Of a DNA stretch of 64,000 nt, positions 23,814 to 35,818 are shown piece by piece. The stretch is from Vezdaea acicularis (Eukaryota): assembly GCA_026025075.1 (NCBI GenBank), contig JAPEUI010000019.1, forward strand, positions 124,001-188,000. Reading direction: 5' to 3'. The number at the start of each line of letters is the position of its first letter. The first letter of the stretch is position 1. The notes beneath the pieces were generated by a model. It was not told the DNA's origin. It searched no databases and worked only from the letters and a program-made list of their open reading frames with translations. Position numbers and translations under genes: made by a program.

Positions 23814-26800
23814 CTAAACAAACCGCACATCCCCGAAAACGCTTGCTCTGACCTGCACCAACGCCGCCAATTCCAATATAAACTCCTGTAGAATAATCAC
23901 GTTCGTCAACAGATGACTGACCGTAACATCCCTATCCCGCCACCTCTCCCTCTCGCTGGCCTTCCCGCCCACAGCCTCCCGCTCATCCACCCCGCGCTCC
24001 GAATCCGCCAGACCGACAGACCCGCTGCGGATGCTACTCGCGCTGCTACTCACATCCCCTCCCTCCTCTCGGCGCAGCTTGTCATAGAAGGGCCTTAGGA
24101 TATCGCGCACAGCTGCCGGCTTATTCTTCAGCGCCAGGGCATCGCCGAGGGCGAAGGAAGGGGGTTGGATAGGTGCGGATGTGACGTCGCGCGCACTGGG
24201 AGGAAGCGCTCCCTCGCGGAGGGGGGAGGGAGAGAAAGCGCGGCGGGATGGACTCGGGGAGCCGAGGCTGATGGCGCCAGGCTTCAGCTTGGGCGCCAGG
24301 GTGGGCGTGCCGATCTGCTGGGAGCGGCCACGTGGCGAGGTGGAGCGCGAGATGCTGGTCGGGTTGGAGAACATCCGCTGTGAGATGGAGTCGAGGGCCG
24401 GGATCTTGGGAGACTGAGTGGGGGTTGAGGAGCCCTGCGAGCGGTGGTGGGATAAGGAGGTTGTGCTCAGTGCTTCGCTAAGCTCGTCGGAGACTTGGAA
24501 GGCTTGGCGGCGGACCGCGAGGTGGGTGTCGAAGTTGGAGATTTCGGACCGGCAGGTCCGTACTTGGGTTAAGAGGGAGTGGAGGACGGTTAGGAGGGCG
24601 GGCGTAGAGGAGGGTACCCAAGAGGGTTCGCGAAGGGCCGCCTTGAAGGCGCGGAGGCGCGCTTTCTCCTCGGTTTCAGATTGGCCTAGTTCTTGTTCTG
24701 ATGTAGCAATAATGTGTTCCTCAGCTGAGGAGCTATTGTTGTCTACTGCTCCCTCATCGTCGTATTCGTAGTTAGCTGGGTCGACGAGAAGCCAGCCCTC
24801 CAAGCGCATGTAGCCGCATGATGCAAGGTCGATAATCGTCTCTGTTAGACTAAGGTTCAGCTCAACCGTGTTAGTTAAGAAGGTTTCGAGGAGACTATTC
24901 AATCCCTTCAAAAGCGGGTCGCCAGTTCGAAGGAAATGGGGGTATGGCTCTCGCGTGTTGCTCGCCCCAAGCATGGAGCCAATAGTAGAGACTTTCCTCG
25001 ATCCGCTCCTTGTTGGAGCGGTGTTTAGAAGTGATGCCGAGCATGGATGGTGCTCTATTAGTATTAGATTATCTTTGAGGTGATTACTGTATGATTCGTT
25101 AAAATCAGTGTCCTTTCCCCCAATTTCTTCCGCGAGTGAAAAGAAGACAGCCATCTCTTTATTATGGGCGCCGATAGATCTCTGAGCTGCAGATGAGACC
25201 GGACTGGTTTGAAGGAGGGTAGCTATCGCAAAACGGTGATGTCTCCGAAGAATGACAGATACAAGCTTCAGAGCGGCGGTAATGGTCTGTTGGCTTCGAG
25301 AGTTGAGACTCGTAAGGACAAGATCGACAAGATTGAAGAGTGCGGGTGTGGGGTTTTCCTCCTCTGCGTATTTGGAAAGAAGCTCGAGGGATTTTCGTTT
25401 TCGTGCAGCGTTCGGGGATCTTGGCGACGCTGCAGCTTTGTTAAGATAACCCCCAGGAAGTGCAAGCAGATAGTGCAGTATTAGGTGTATAAGTTCTGCG
25501 TGATCAATTGAGTCGAGAATGCGCTGTAAGTACGTGAGTACCGCAACTGAAGAACCTCCATCGACATCGGAAGACTCGAGGAGAGAGGGGTATCTGCATG
25601 CATAAGCAGGTATCCAACTATAGGCTAATATTCTGACCACTTACAGCAATTGTTGTAGGAATAAGACCTGAAAGTGATCCAGAAGGGTCTGCTTCACCTC
25701 ATAAGATTTGCAATGCTCTAGAACATCTTGCCAGAAGACCAGATATGACAGGAATGTTTCCATATGGCCTTTAAACTCAGGAGAGGTCGAGCTTTCAGCT
25801 TCAACGGCTTGCTGGACTTCTGCATAGTCTGAAAGAGAAAGAACGGAAGGTAGGTCGTCCAGAGGATAGGTTATCACAAGCTTCCTACTCTCTTTAGTAC
25901 GATATAGCCCAAAAGATACCAGGGGCCATACCGGCTAAGCTGACTATACAGAGCTCCCAAGCCAGTTGCCATCAGGGTTGCTAGATCGCTCTCCACAATC
26001 CATCGCTCCAGCTCTTCTGAGTGAGAGGCTGATTCGATAATATAGAGCAGGCCGGTCCTAGCGAAGTCGCCAACTCTACCCTCGTGATGCACATAGTCTA
26101 TCAGTATGTAGAAAAGGGGGAAATCTTCTTTATGCGTCGCGCCAGTGAATTTTGAGGTTTCGTCCGTCTGCATCTCACTCTCTCCAAAGTTTCTGGAGGT
26201 GAACCACACCGGCAGAATCTCTGGCTGCAGTCTGATCTTCGCTGCAATCGCGAAAAGGAGCTCTACGACCTCTCCCTCAGTCTCCCCCCCAACAACCATG
26301 GCGTTTGCGCCCGAAATGTTTCCTACGAACGCAACGAGGCTTTTCGCAAATTCTCCATCGCTCAAGAAGTCCTCTTCTTCCTCGGTGTCTATCAGGGTAT
26401 TGAACGCCGAAATTGCTTCGCGAATAATGGCTTCATTGTGGGACTTCGTTGCGATTTTTGATATATTTGAGTATATGCGGAACTCTGCTGCGAAGGCCAA
26501 ACATGTATGAGGAGCTGGGGTGCGAGCTTCCTCATGCAATATCGATGTGAGAATGTGGATGCAATGACGGAGGGCTTCGATCGCCGCCGGGTCGGTGATT
26601 ACGGACGACCTCCATGTTGTCTAGGCCATTACATTTTCAGAGTCAAACTCTTTACAATAGGCCAGCAGGAATCATTACCAACAGTTGATTGTAAACCTTC
26701 TTAAACTTTGTCAAACGTTGCTGGGGGTTCTGAGAGGTCAACTGCTTAGAGCGTGGGGATGAACCCACCCCCCCAATCAACCGTGCCCACTAACGACGCA

Positions 26801-26853
26801 GACGTCAGCTATCGGCAGTATTCCGGATGCTCTGCGACACTTACAAAGTCCAT
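23814..26853 (-). CDS. FAM160/FHIP (retinoic-acid-induced-16-like) FTS-Hook-interacting protein
   Basis: MDF|WARLIG start; EDFPLFYILIDYVHHEGRVGDFARTGLLYIIE, MATGLGALYSQLSR and YPSLLESSD motifs; C-terminal TNVIILQEFILELAALVQVRAS. Confidence 0.88.
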
Positions 26854-27380
26854 GGCATGACTCTGCACGTCTTCCGTAGATTTTCTAAGCTTTGCATAAG
26901 TCGCGGTTCGCGTCCAGTCTAGCTGACTAAGCATTATAGCGGCCTTTGCTGAGGAGGCTTTTCACACGAACTTCTCGTCATTTCAAACAGGGCGCCTTCA
27001 AGATCAGAACCATGCAGGACTGCTCACTTCTCGAGAATGTGTGAAGCATTGAGAGGCGCGCTCCTTCAGGTTCACCTGCGTCAAGGTTTGCACTGGAAAA
27101 AGAATGAACTCGTCACAGACGGCCTCACAAAGGACAGCCCTGCTTTGATCGAAACAAATCGGGTTTGAAACATAGAATGTTCTCGATATGAGATTGACGC
27201 CTTCATGCTATTTAGAGCTAACGGATGATAATATGATAGCTCTAACTAGTTGATCCCCGACCACTGTGGAGCAAATGCAGCCATCCCTCCTAAGCCGTAG
27301 AGAGATCGAAGTCTGGATACCAATATCGGTCACCTAGGACGCCGGGACTCCAAAACGCTTTCATAACACCACAAATGCAC

Positions 27381-28164
27381 TCATAAGTCATCCTCACTAT
27401 CTGTCTTCTTCTTCCTGCCCTTCGCGCGTTTCTTTTTCGCCCCTATTCCTTCGCCGTCTTCGGTCTTTTCTGCTGGAGCCACCGCGTCCGGCACCTTTGC
27501 GACAATCTCCTGCAGGAAGTCGAATTGGCTGTCTTTCGCCACAGCTTGTTTGAGATGGGCAGCAGTGATACGTTTCGCTTTTCGAGCGTTGGCTTCGTCG
27601 GACGCCTTCCCGATGAGTGATATCATGAAGAGCTCGAGTGCTTTGGCTTCGGAGAATTAAAGTTAGCGATGGAATGAGATGAGACGGTTACGTGCAACAA
27701 GAAGACTTACAAACGACTACTGGAGTAACCTGCGCGACCTTCCCCACATCCTCGTCCGCTTGCATTATTCGCTTTATTCGTGCGACAGGAAATTTAGTCT
27801 TCACTTCGATGCCTCGTCCAACGCCCCCCTCTACCGACGATTGTGGTATCTCTGGTGCTTTACCATCGTATCCACTGTCTTCCGGTGCAGCTGGTGCCTC
27901 AGGCAGCCATTCTGAATCTTCCCGCTGTCTCTTCTGCCTGGTACGAGGAGCCATTAGTGACGGCGGCGGTAAATTTCCGTCCCGGTAGAATATTGGAGCA
28001 GGTTGAGGTTGAGGTTGAGGATCAAACCCAGATTGCGGAAATAGCGGTGGGGCTAATTGGCCATGTGTTTGGGCGTATGCCGGTGAATGTGACGGTGGAG
28101 GAAAGTTGTCGAATGCGGATAGGTTAGGGGAGCGAGGGGTGTAGGTGCTGTCAGGGTCTGTCAT
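27381..28164 (-). CDS. BUR6: NC2 alpha subunit (Bur6/DRAP1), histone-fold transcription regulator; start codon uncertain
   Basis: KTKFPVARIKRIMQADEDVGKVAQVTPVVV|SKALELFM, joined by intron 27647-27710. Confidence 0.88.
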
Positions 28165-28626
28165 GTTTGCGCCGTGGTATCGACCTTTTAAAGTGGGACG
28201 ACGGTACCAAAGGACCACTACGGCCCCACCATTCACTGAAATAAAAAGGGCTAAAAACCAACGACCCGACCGAGCTATAACAAGACCAACCGAATTTTCT
28301 GGCCGTAGCGTATAGTATTATATCAAAGGAATATCGAGGTCGTCCGGCTTTATGTTTCCAAACCGAGAGCACGGCGCCTGTGTTGATTGGCCGAATAACG
28401 CGGACAGGGATGTGCTGTTTTGCGGGACTCGAGCTTGCGTCGAGAGTGTCTGACCCCTCAACCCCCGTTTTCCGAGCGGCGGACAAAGCTGCATTTATGT
28501 CGGCCGCGTCGGGCGCAACAAGGGGCCGCGAGTCTAGCGCGCCTTCGGTTAGTCATCCCGACCAGGGTCTTCGCGTCACTACGCCTGACCCTTCGAAAGC
28601 TTCTCTCGAGACGCACGTCTTTTGCA

Positions 28627-28842
28627 ATGATGATACTTCGAGAGGTTACCGGAGGCTCGTGGCTGCTCAAAGGGCGTCGCGAGAGCTGCGACGTGCTGCC
28701 TTAATGGATCTGGCGCTCTAGATCTGGCGTGCTGTAAGCCCTGCCTTGCGGTGGTTTCTCTCCCAGTCTCGAGGGCCGCTGGAGCCTTGGTTATGCCTTG
28801 GAGCTGTACCGATGATGGCCATAATTACTTGATCTAATCTGA
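28627..28842 (+). ncRNA. Box C/D guide RNA (snoRNA/scaRNA-like), predicted to direct 2'-O-methylation of U2 snRNA
   Basis: Box C ATGATGA at 28627-28633, C'-like ATGATGG at 28812-28818 and box D CTGA at 28839-28842. Guide ACTTGATCTAA (28827-28837) is the reverse complement of the conserved fungal U2 segment UUAGAUCAAGU. Long internal hairpin; no credible coding frame here. Confidence 0.72.
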
Positions 28843-29058
28843 GAAGCTGCGTTTATCCCATTTCTGGGCCTTCTATGGCTCAAGGAACATCAGTCTTGAA
28901 ATATTCTTCTTGGCCTAAATCACAAAAGGCGTGCGAGAGCTTTGTACGAGGACTCGTCTAATGAATGCAAAAAGCATCGAATCAAGGCTAATCTAAGGCC
29001 AAATCCTGATACTGATGAAGGATATCTAGTAGCTTGCAGCGTAGAGTCCATCTATGTC

Positions 29059-30455
29059 TTACCATTTATTCCCAGTACCAACACTAGTATAACCGTTTAA
29101 CTCCTTCTCTTTTGACTCCTGTCCTCCTATTCGACTAAAGATAATCTTGGTAATTTCAACCAACCCTTTCTGTCTCTCCGCTTTCGTATCACTCAGGAAC
29201 ATGGTCGCTACTGGCCAACAGTGGATGGAGTTTTGTTCTTCCCGAGCGTAGACTTTTGTCCCTACCTGCTGCAGCCTTCTTACCAATCGTTTTATCTCGG
29301 ATGCAAACACTTCTTCAGATCCGTAGAAGATCGACATTCCCTGAGAGGGCATGGCTCGTCTCCACCATTCTAGGTCATCACAGGTGCCGGGCGAGACCAG
29401 GGGGTCATCTAGCGATACCCTGGAGCCTGCGTACTGCCGCGCATACAGATGAAGACTCTGAGCATCGAGGAAATCGCTTGGAGTATTTCGATTTTCGGGA
29501 GAGACCAGCGTCACCCATGGCGAGATGAGTGTTGCATGTCCTGGCCTTTTCATAAGATTGGGCAAGTTTGCGAGATAAAGCAAAAGACTCAAGATCAGAG
29601 TGCCGCCAGCAGAGTCACCAGCAACGCAGACCTTTAAGGGATCTCCGATGATAGAAAGGACGTAGTCATATCCGGCAATTGTCTGGTGTAGCTGTGTCGG
29701 GTATACTGCCTCAGGTACGAGGCTGTACTCCAAGGTAAAGAGTGCAGGATTGCGGAAGCCAGCCTGCTTAAGAAGTGTGACCCAAGCAAGAAGGAATTCC
29801 AGATAGAAATAGCTAGATCCCATCGAGAATCCGCCTCCTTACGGATGAGAGTCAGTACATTCTGTAGACCGGTCATATGACTATGAGTGGTGTGATACCA
29901 TGGCAATAATACACTATTATATCTGGTTGCTCAAGCTCATCAATAGTGATCCAGATACCATGGAACCCATTCTGCACGTTATTCAACGATTAGTCAAGGG
30001 CATAAGCTGGGTCACGGGTGACTACCTTTTCCACCTCTCGCCAGTAGACTGAGGATCGAATATACCCGTGCCGTAACAATCTAAAATTCAAGAAAGGCAG
30101 TGCTACCTCTTTGGAGAAGAACACCCGCCCAATGCTAGCTGGAATATCTGCAAAGGCATAGCGAACACATCTGATGATTACATCTTGAAACCAGGTGGCC
30201 TGGCGGACGAAGGGTGAGCGAAGCCGTTGCCTCGTGAAGAATCTCTCTTTGATGAATTGATATGGGAGAGCCAATACTTCATGACATGTCAATTGCACTT
30301 CTGAATCATGGCAATTTGTGGGAAGTACCTAGAAATGGCAATGCTTGAATTCCACACCTCAACGTGACCCAAAGGCCGACCTGAATGATTAATTGAGGCG
30401 CCAGAGATATCAAAAATACCAAACAATCTAAAAAAGAGATCTGACCAAGAATCAT
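29059..30455 (-). CDS. Alpha/beta hydrolase (HSL/GDXG-like, Say1-type), with hydrophobic N-terminus
   Basis: YYCH|GGGFSMG oxyanion motif across an intron, GDSAGG nucleophile elbow, LISPW and HCWP. First exon MILGQISFLDCLVFL. Confidence 0.88.
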
Positions 30456-30997
30456 GACGATATTAAACGCAATGGGAAAACAGGTGAGAAATTCACCGCA
30501 CCGAATGGAGCGGGCTGCAGTATCTATGGTACATGTCTACCGTGGATGATGACGAAGGTCCACTTCGCCTACTATGGTAAGTTAGCTTGTGAATTGCATG
30601 GTTATCTTAACTGAGCAACTCGTAACAACATCGAGTTTTCGCGTGACGAAGCTTGATTCAGCTTGAGATAAGCGTAATGATCATCCTATTCATTGCGTAA
30701 GTTCCAAAGGTAACAGAACACCGCACTCTTGGCTGCTACAGTCACGCGTCTGCTCCGCAACACTCCTAAACACATTCGCCAGAATTTTCTGAAATTTCAA
30801 GCTTCTACAACACTGCAAACGATCGACTTCTCGACCACAATAATTCTTGCTCTTGACTCGGAGCTCTATCTCTTGCCACCATGCTCTCATCTTCACAGAC
30901 AATATAAAGCTTCCTGCTTGCTACAACGGAGGACCGAGCACTCAATTTGGAGCTACTAACAGAGCTAGGCTGTATTGATCCACGCAAAGTTCTCCAG

Positions 30998-33900
30998 ATG
31001 GCGGCGCCTTCAAGCCCTGTTCCAACAGAACTCGACGTCATAGAGTAAGCCGTAGCTATCAGGGTAGACTCGAATGATGCTAATAAGATCTTTGGAGACT
31101 TCTTAAGCCAGAATCAATTCCAGCTAGACTGAAATGCGCCCTATGCAGCAAACTCGCTGTAGACGCGTATCGGCTTCCATGCTGTAGCCAGTCGGTCTGC
31201 TCAAACTGTATGTCCTCAGCGCATTAGGAGTCATTTCCTTAGAAATTAAGACAGCTAGCTAATGGAAATGTAGGTCACCCTTCACTTGGGACAGCATGCC
31301 CCGTCTGTGAGCACACCCCTCTGTCTCTCAGCGATGTGCTTCCCTCGAGAGCTTTGAGGAATACTATCAAAATCTTCCTGAAAACAAAGATGTCAGAACA
31401 AAAGGCGGCGCTGGCAAAAGACGCGAAACTTATCCCTCAGAGAGGCTTGAACGTCCCCTCTCTCTCTGGCCTAGATACGGAGCCCCAGCAATTGCTTAAA
31501 CCAAACGAAGATGCAAATCCTTCATCACCTACGCAGAAAGATATACAAAATGGATTGTTGGTACAAAATCAGCCGGTCACTAAAGACTTCGGTCAAACTC
31601 CTTCAAACAACATATCTCATAATCAGGCTACCCCAAAAAATGATCTGGAGTCCATGTCGCTTGAAGCTTCGAAAGACATACCAAGAGAATCGATTGAAGT
31701 ATGTAAAGCTATGATTGGATGCCTCAACTTGAAAAGCTAACTCTCACCACAGGAGGTCTTGCCAGAACATCGGGTCAATTCAGACACAAGTGATGGAACA
31801 AGCAACACAGTTCACGCAGATGGTGTTACTGGAAGCATATCACTAGATGGAGCTAATGAAAGTGTGGGGGATCAACCCGCACAAATGAATGCAGGCCAGC
31901 TAGAAGGAAGCACAATACCGCCAATGCAACAATCGCTGAGCAACGGAGCTATGCCTGGTCAAGGTATTCCTGGAGCGAGCTTCATGAATCAAGGCTGGAA
32001 CGGAATGGGAAACCTCAACCCAATGATGCAGATGCAGGGTGGAATGATGGCTGGCGGATTTGGCGCATTTCCGAACATGATGGGTAAGTTCAAACAGCTA
32101 CGGTATAGCTGTGCAGAAATGTGCTAACCATTTTCAACTGCAGGCATGCCAGGGATGGGCATAAACCCAATGGGAATGTCGGCAGGGATGTATGGTGGCT
32201 TTGGCGGTCCGAGCATGGGCATGAATGGCATAGGTGCCATGGGAGGAATGAATGCGGGTATGGGCATGGGATTCAATGCTATGAACAGCGGCTTCAATGG
32301 GTGGAATGGAAATTCTGCTTGGAACAGTGGCCAGAATAATTTCAATCCTAATACATTCGGCATGAACGCCAACCGTATGGGTGATTTTGGGTCCAACTCT
32401 GGGTTCAACTCTGCCTCTGGCAGACACGACCAGATGCATCAGCCGCAAGTTGCGCAATATAACCTTCAGGGACAGTTTCAGCACAGACAAGGCCAGCATC
32501 AACAAAGTCGTGGACGAAATCCCGGCTTCGGCCGCGGTAACAATGGATTTCCAGGGCGAAACGCTGACAGTCAGCCTTTTCCACAGCAAATACCTTCACA
32601 GACAAATCCTGCTAAGAATAATTTGCGAGAATCATCGTCTCAACAACAAACGCCAGCTCCCGCCAATGAGAACAAGATAGCCGAGTCCGCTGCAGAAGGT
32701 TCAAATATAGAAAATAAAGATGCCGAGACGAAGCCCGATGAAGTTTCCAAGGAATTGGGTGGCGCAGATTCGACGGCAGGAACTCTTAAGCCTCCAGGAA
32801 CTCCAGAACCAGCTGGGAATGAGCATGACCGAACAACTGAGAAGCCAGAGCTGCCACTCCAAATGGATGTTGTTGTCGAGGACTCCGATAAAATTCAAGT
32901 TCTTCGAGTACCAGAGACTGTGGTTCTGACGCCTGACACTGATGCCCCCCTAAACGTACTGCCCAACGGAATAATTCCTCCTTCCGGCCCTGCTGCACTA
33001 ATGAACCAAGGCACTTCATTTGATGTTGCCGATCGGGGGCGAGGTGGTTTTCGGGGCGGATTCGGCCGAGGTAACGGAGTAGGGATAGGGTTTCATGGGC
33101 GAGGGCACGGCTCATGGTCCACCCTCGGCGGGGCATCATCGGGGCTAAATGCAAATAAACACACGATGAATTCCTCTCTTGTTTCCATCCCGTCCGAGCC
33201 AAGAGGAGTTGGCGTTGCTGGCGCGCCTACTGCGCCTAAGGCTCTCCGCGAAGGCCTTCCAAATGTAGGGTTAAGAGGTCGCCTAAGTTATCAGCTATCC
33301 ACCAGGGTTTCTGCATCTACCAATTCCGTGGAGAAAGCCAAGAGGTATGTGAGAGTCCCTCAACGAAACTTCGAAATTCCGATTTACTTTTACGTTTGTT
33401 TCTTGCTGTTTCGGTTACCGGTTAGGTTCCTTTTGCTGACATACCTTTTACTAGCCCTAGCCCTAAATACCGTAGATCTCGTTCCAGCTCCAGAAGTCCA
33501 GCCCGCCGTGAAACGGGGGACCTCCAGCGCAATGAACGGCCCGAAGTGGATAATGAAAGCGGGCGTGAACAAAAACGAGGAGACCGCCGGCGGCACTCGC
33601 GACGTTACGAGGATGAGGAGTACGAGAGGGATCGGGAGAGGAATAGGGAGAGGGACCAGGAAAGATCTCGAAGTCGAAGTCGGGGCTCTCCATCACGTAT
33701 AGAGGCATCCCCACGATCAAAAAGGTCCTCCCACCGCCGCCACCGTAGCCGTGAGAGGTACCATCGCCGCCACCGCTCTCGCTCTCGTTCGCGCTCTCGA
33801 TCCCATTCCCGTACCCGTCGTCCCCGTTCTCGCTCTCGCTCTCCAGCACGCCCCTCATCACGTGAAGACAAGTATGACCGTCACGAGAAGAGTGGAGCAG

Positions 33901-34220
33901 CGAAATACGACAAGACACGTGAACGCCGTGGCTCTCAACGTCAGGAGGCTTCCCGTGCGCCCGAGGTGAATTCCCACGACCGTGAGCGCGAGGCGCGGAA
34001 CCGTGAACGTCTCCTGAAGGAACAGCAGCGGCGTGAAGAGAACTCTCGCGATATAGGAAGCAGTCGGAGGGACGGGAGAGAGAGGAAACGGGCGAGGGAG
34101 GTTGATGAAGGGAGCGAGCGACGGAGCAAGCGTGGTGGGGTCCGTCATACGTATGAGGAGACCTCTGAAGAACGTGCCCTGCGCATCGAACAGGAGAGGG
34201 AAGCTCCCAGGTGGCAGTAA
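30998..34220 (+). CDS. Protein with N-terminal RING-like finger, G/M/N-rich low-complexity middle and C-terminal RS/RE-rich domain
   Basis: Spliced N-terminus CALC..LPCCSQSVCSNC..CPVCEH. Introns include 31045-31097 and 33345-33454; the last exon carries RSRSRS repeats. Confidence 0.75.
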
Positions 34221-34858
34221 GGGCTGCTTGTATGAGCAGAAGTTCCTATGTTCGCCTACTCATACTTTGCTGGTGGGGCCCCCTTATTGTATAAATATGT
34301 TTGCACCTGTAAATAGAAAATAGACACCAAGACCTCGGGAAAAACAAGGTTATCAAGTCAACCAATTCACGTGCAGCCGCGTAATAGGGAGTTACAAAGA
34401 AATATGGCGTAGTAATGTGCTAGAGGAGTTTACTGAATGGGAAAGGGTTTGAACGCTGAGAGCATGGTTCTATGCAGTGATTTATGTGACCTGAGGAATT
34501 TCTCAAGCGTTTTTGGAGCCCACCCCGCTCACTCCATATCCAGATTTGATGGGTCATGTTTTAAAGTCTCTATTACGTTAAGACAAGTCTTTTAATTGAC
34601 AAGATATTTACACTGTTCTACTCCTAGTTCTACTCCAGACGCCCTGCCAAATGCTGCTAATCGATGCTGAAGCCAGATTCTAATATACACTTGGCGCGCC
34701 GACTACAATATGAGCTCGAGTGGAGAGGTGGGCCATTCATTTCTCGCCTTGTAAATTATTCAAATCTGCTTCAAATCCTTGTGGTCTTGAATAGTATGTC
34801 TTGCATATACACAGGTAGAAGAGAACGCTAAGCCAAAGATGCAGGTTCGTTTCGATCT

Positions 34859-35592
34859 TCAAAAGATGGCCTTCCGTGTCACCTTGAAATTACTATGTTA
34901 GCCTGGCCCAAGTGAAGAATGGCAGCTAATAAGATGTAATCACTCACAGCCCAAGCACCTGCTACGGAGGCGACGATGCTTCCGGATATCATCATAGGCT
35001 TGATCCCTCGTGTGCTCTTGAAGATCATCCCACTCAATGCACCAGCAGCGACACTGTTTGCCGAATCATGCTTGCCTCTGTAGTAGCCTATCGTCGAGTT
35101 GATACCGTTGTATACCATTGCAATAACGCCTGTCGAGTTTGCTAAGAACGGTCCTCGCCGAGTGACTGCGTTGAGGACCGAATTTAACCGTAGCTTGGGT
35201 GGTGCAGAGCTTGGTAGTCTATTTAGACCTTCTGCCATTCCCCACACCCCCCCCATCGATAACGCCGTAAGATATGTGACGCCTGTCCCATAGCAAAGGT
35301 CATCCGACCATCCTCTCGAGGGCAACGCAGATTGCGAGCCCGGGAGGTCCGATAAGGCAGAGTCTTCGAGAGAGATATAGTCGAGGGTCTGTTGGTCTAG
35401 GCCAGCGAGGGGATGTAATGCCGAGGGATCGGCGAGCGACGGGTCTGAGAGGAAGGAGGAAACATCTTGGGCTGTGGATGGGTCGAACTGTTCTGGTTGG
35501 TACTCGTCTCGGAAGCCTGTGGAGGAGCTGCTACCAGAGGGCGAGGACGAGGATGATGATTTGCGCCCTGTGAGGGTGTCCCAGATTGACAT
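34859..35592 (-). CDS. TIM23: Mitochondrial inner-membrane translocase subunit Tim23
   Basis: LPSRGWSDDLCYGTG, KLRLNSVLNAVTRRGPF and RGKHD motifs. Intron 34883-34947 gives the terminal VTRKAIF. Confidence 0.95.
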
Positions 35593-35818
35593 GGCTGTTG
35601 TTTTGTAAAGTTGATAGGCTGTGCCACCACCGTCTCCAGTCTAGGAAAGCTCCGCCGGTTATGGAATTCGATGATGCATAGGAGGCGCAACGGTTCTCGG
35701 TTCTCAAAAAATTTCGCATCGTGGTCACTTCACACACGTGATTATATGAACAGAAGGAAAACGTTGAGATTTCGCAGAAAATGTTTACAGCTGGGCAAAC
35801 ATCACGGTTACAGAGGGG

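Noticed and set aside
27212..27245. 9-bp inverted repeat TTAGAGCTA..TAGCTCTAA
   Set aside because: A single short hairpin with no target-site duplication or second copy; insufficient evidence for a MITE or ncRNA.
28380..28721. Short ORFs of 70-113 aa overlapping the C/D RNA locus
   Set aside because: Mostly non-ATG starts and no domain; the RNA motifs explain the region better.
30545..30614. ATGATGA..CTGA pair about 70 nt apart, resembling a C/D snoRNA
   Set aside because: The would-be guide GCATGGTTATCT matches the 18S 5' region only with gaps, there is no terminal stem, and it lies in a divergent promoter.
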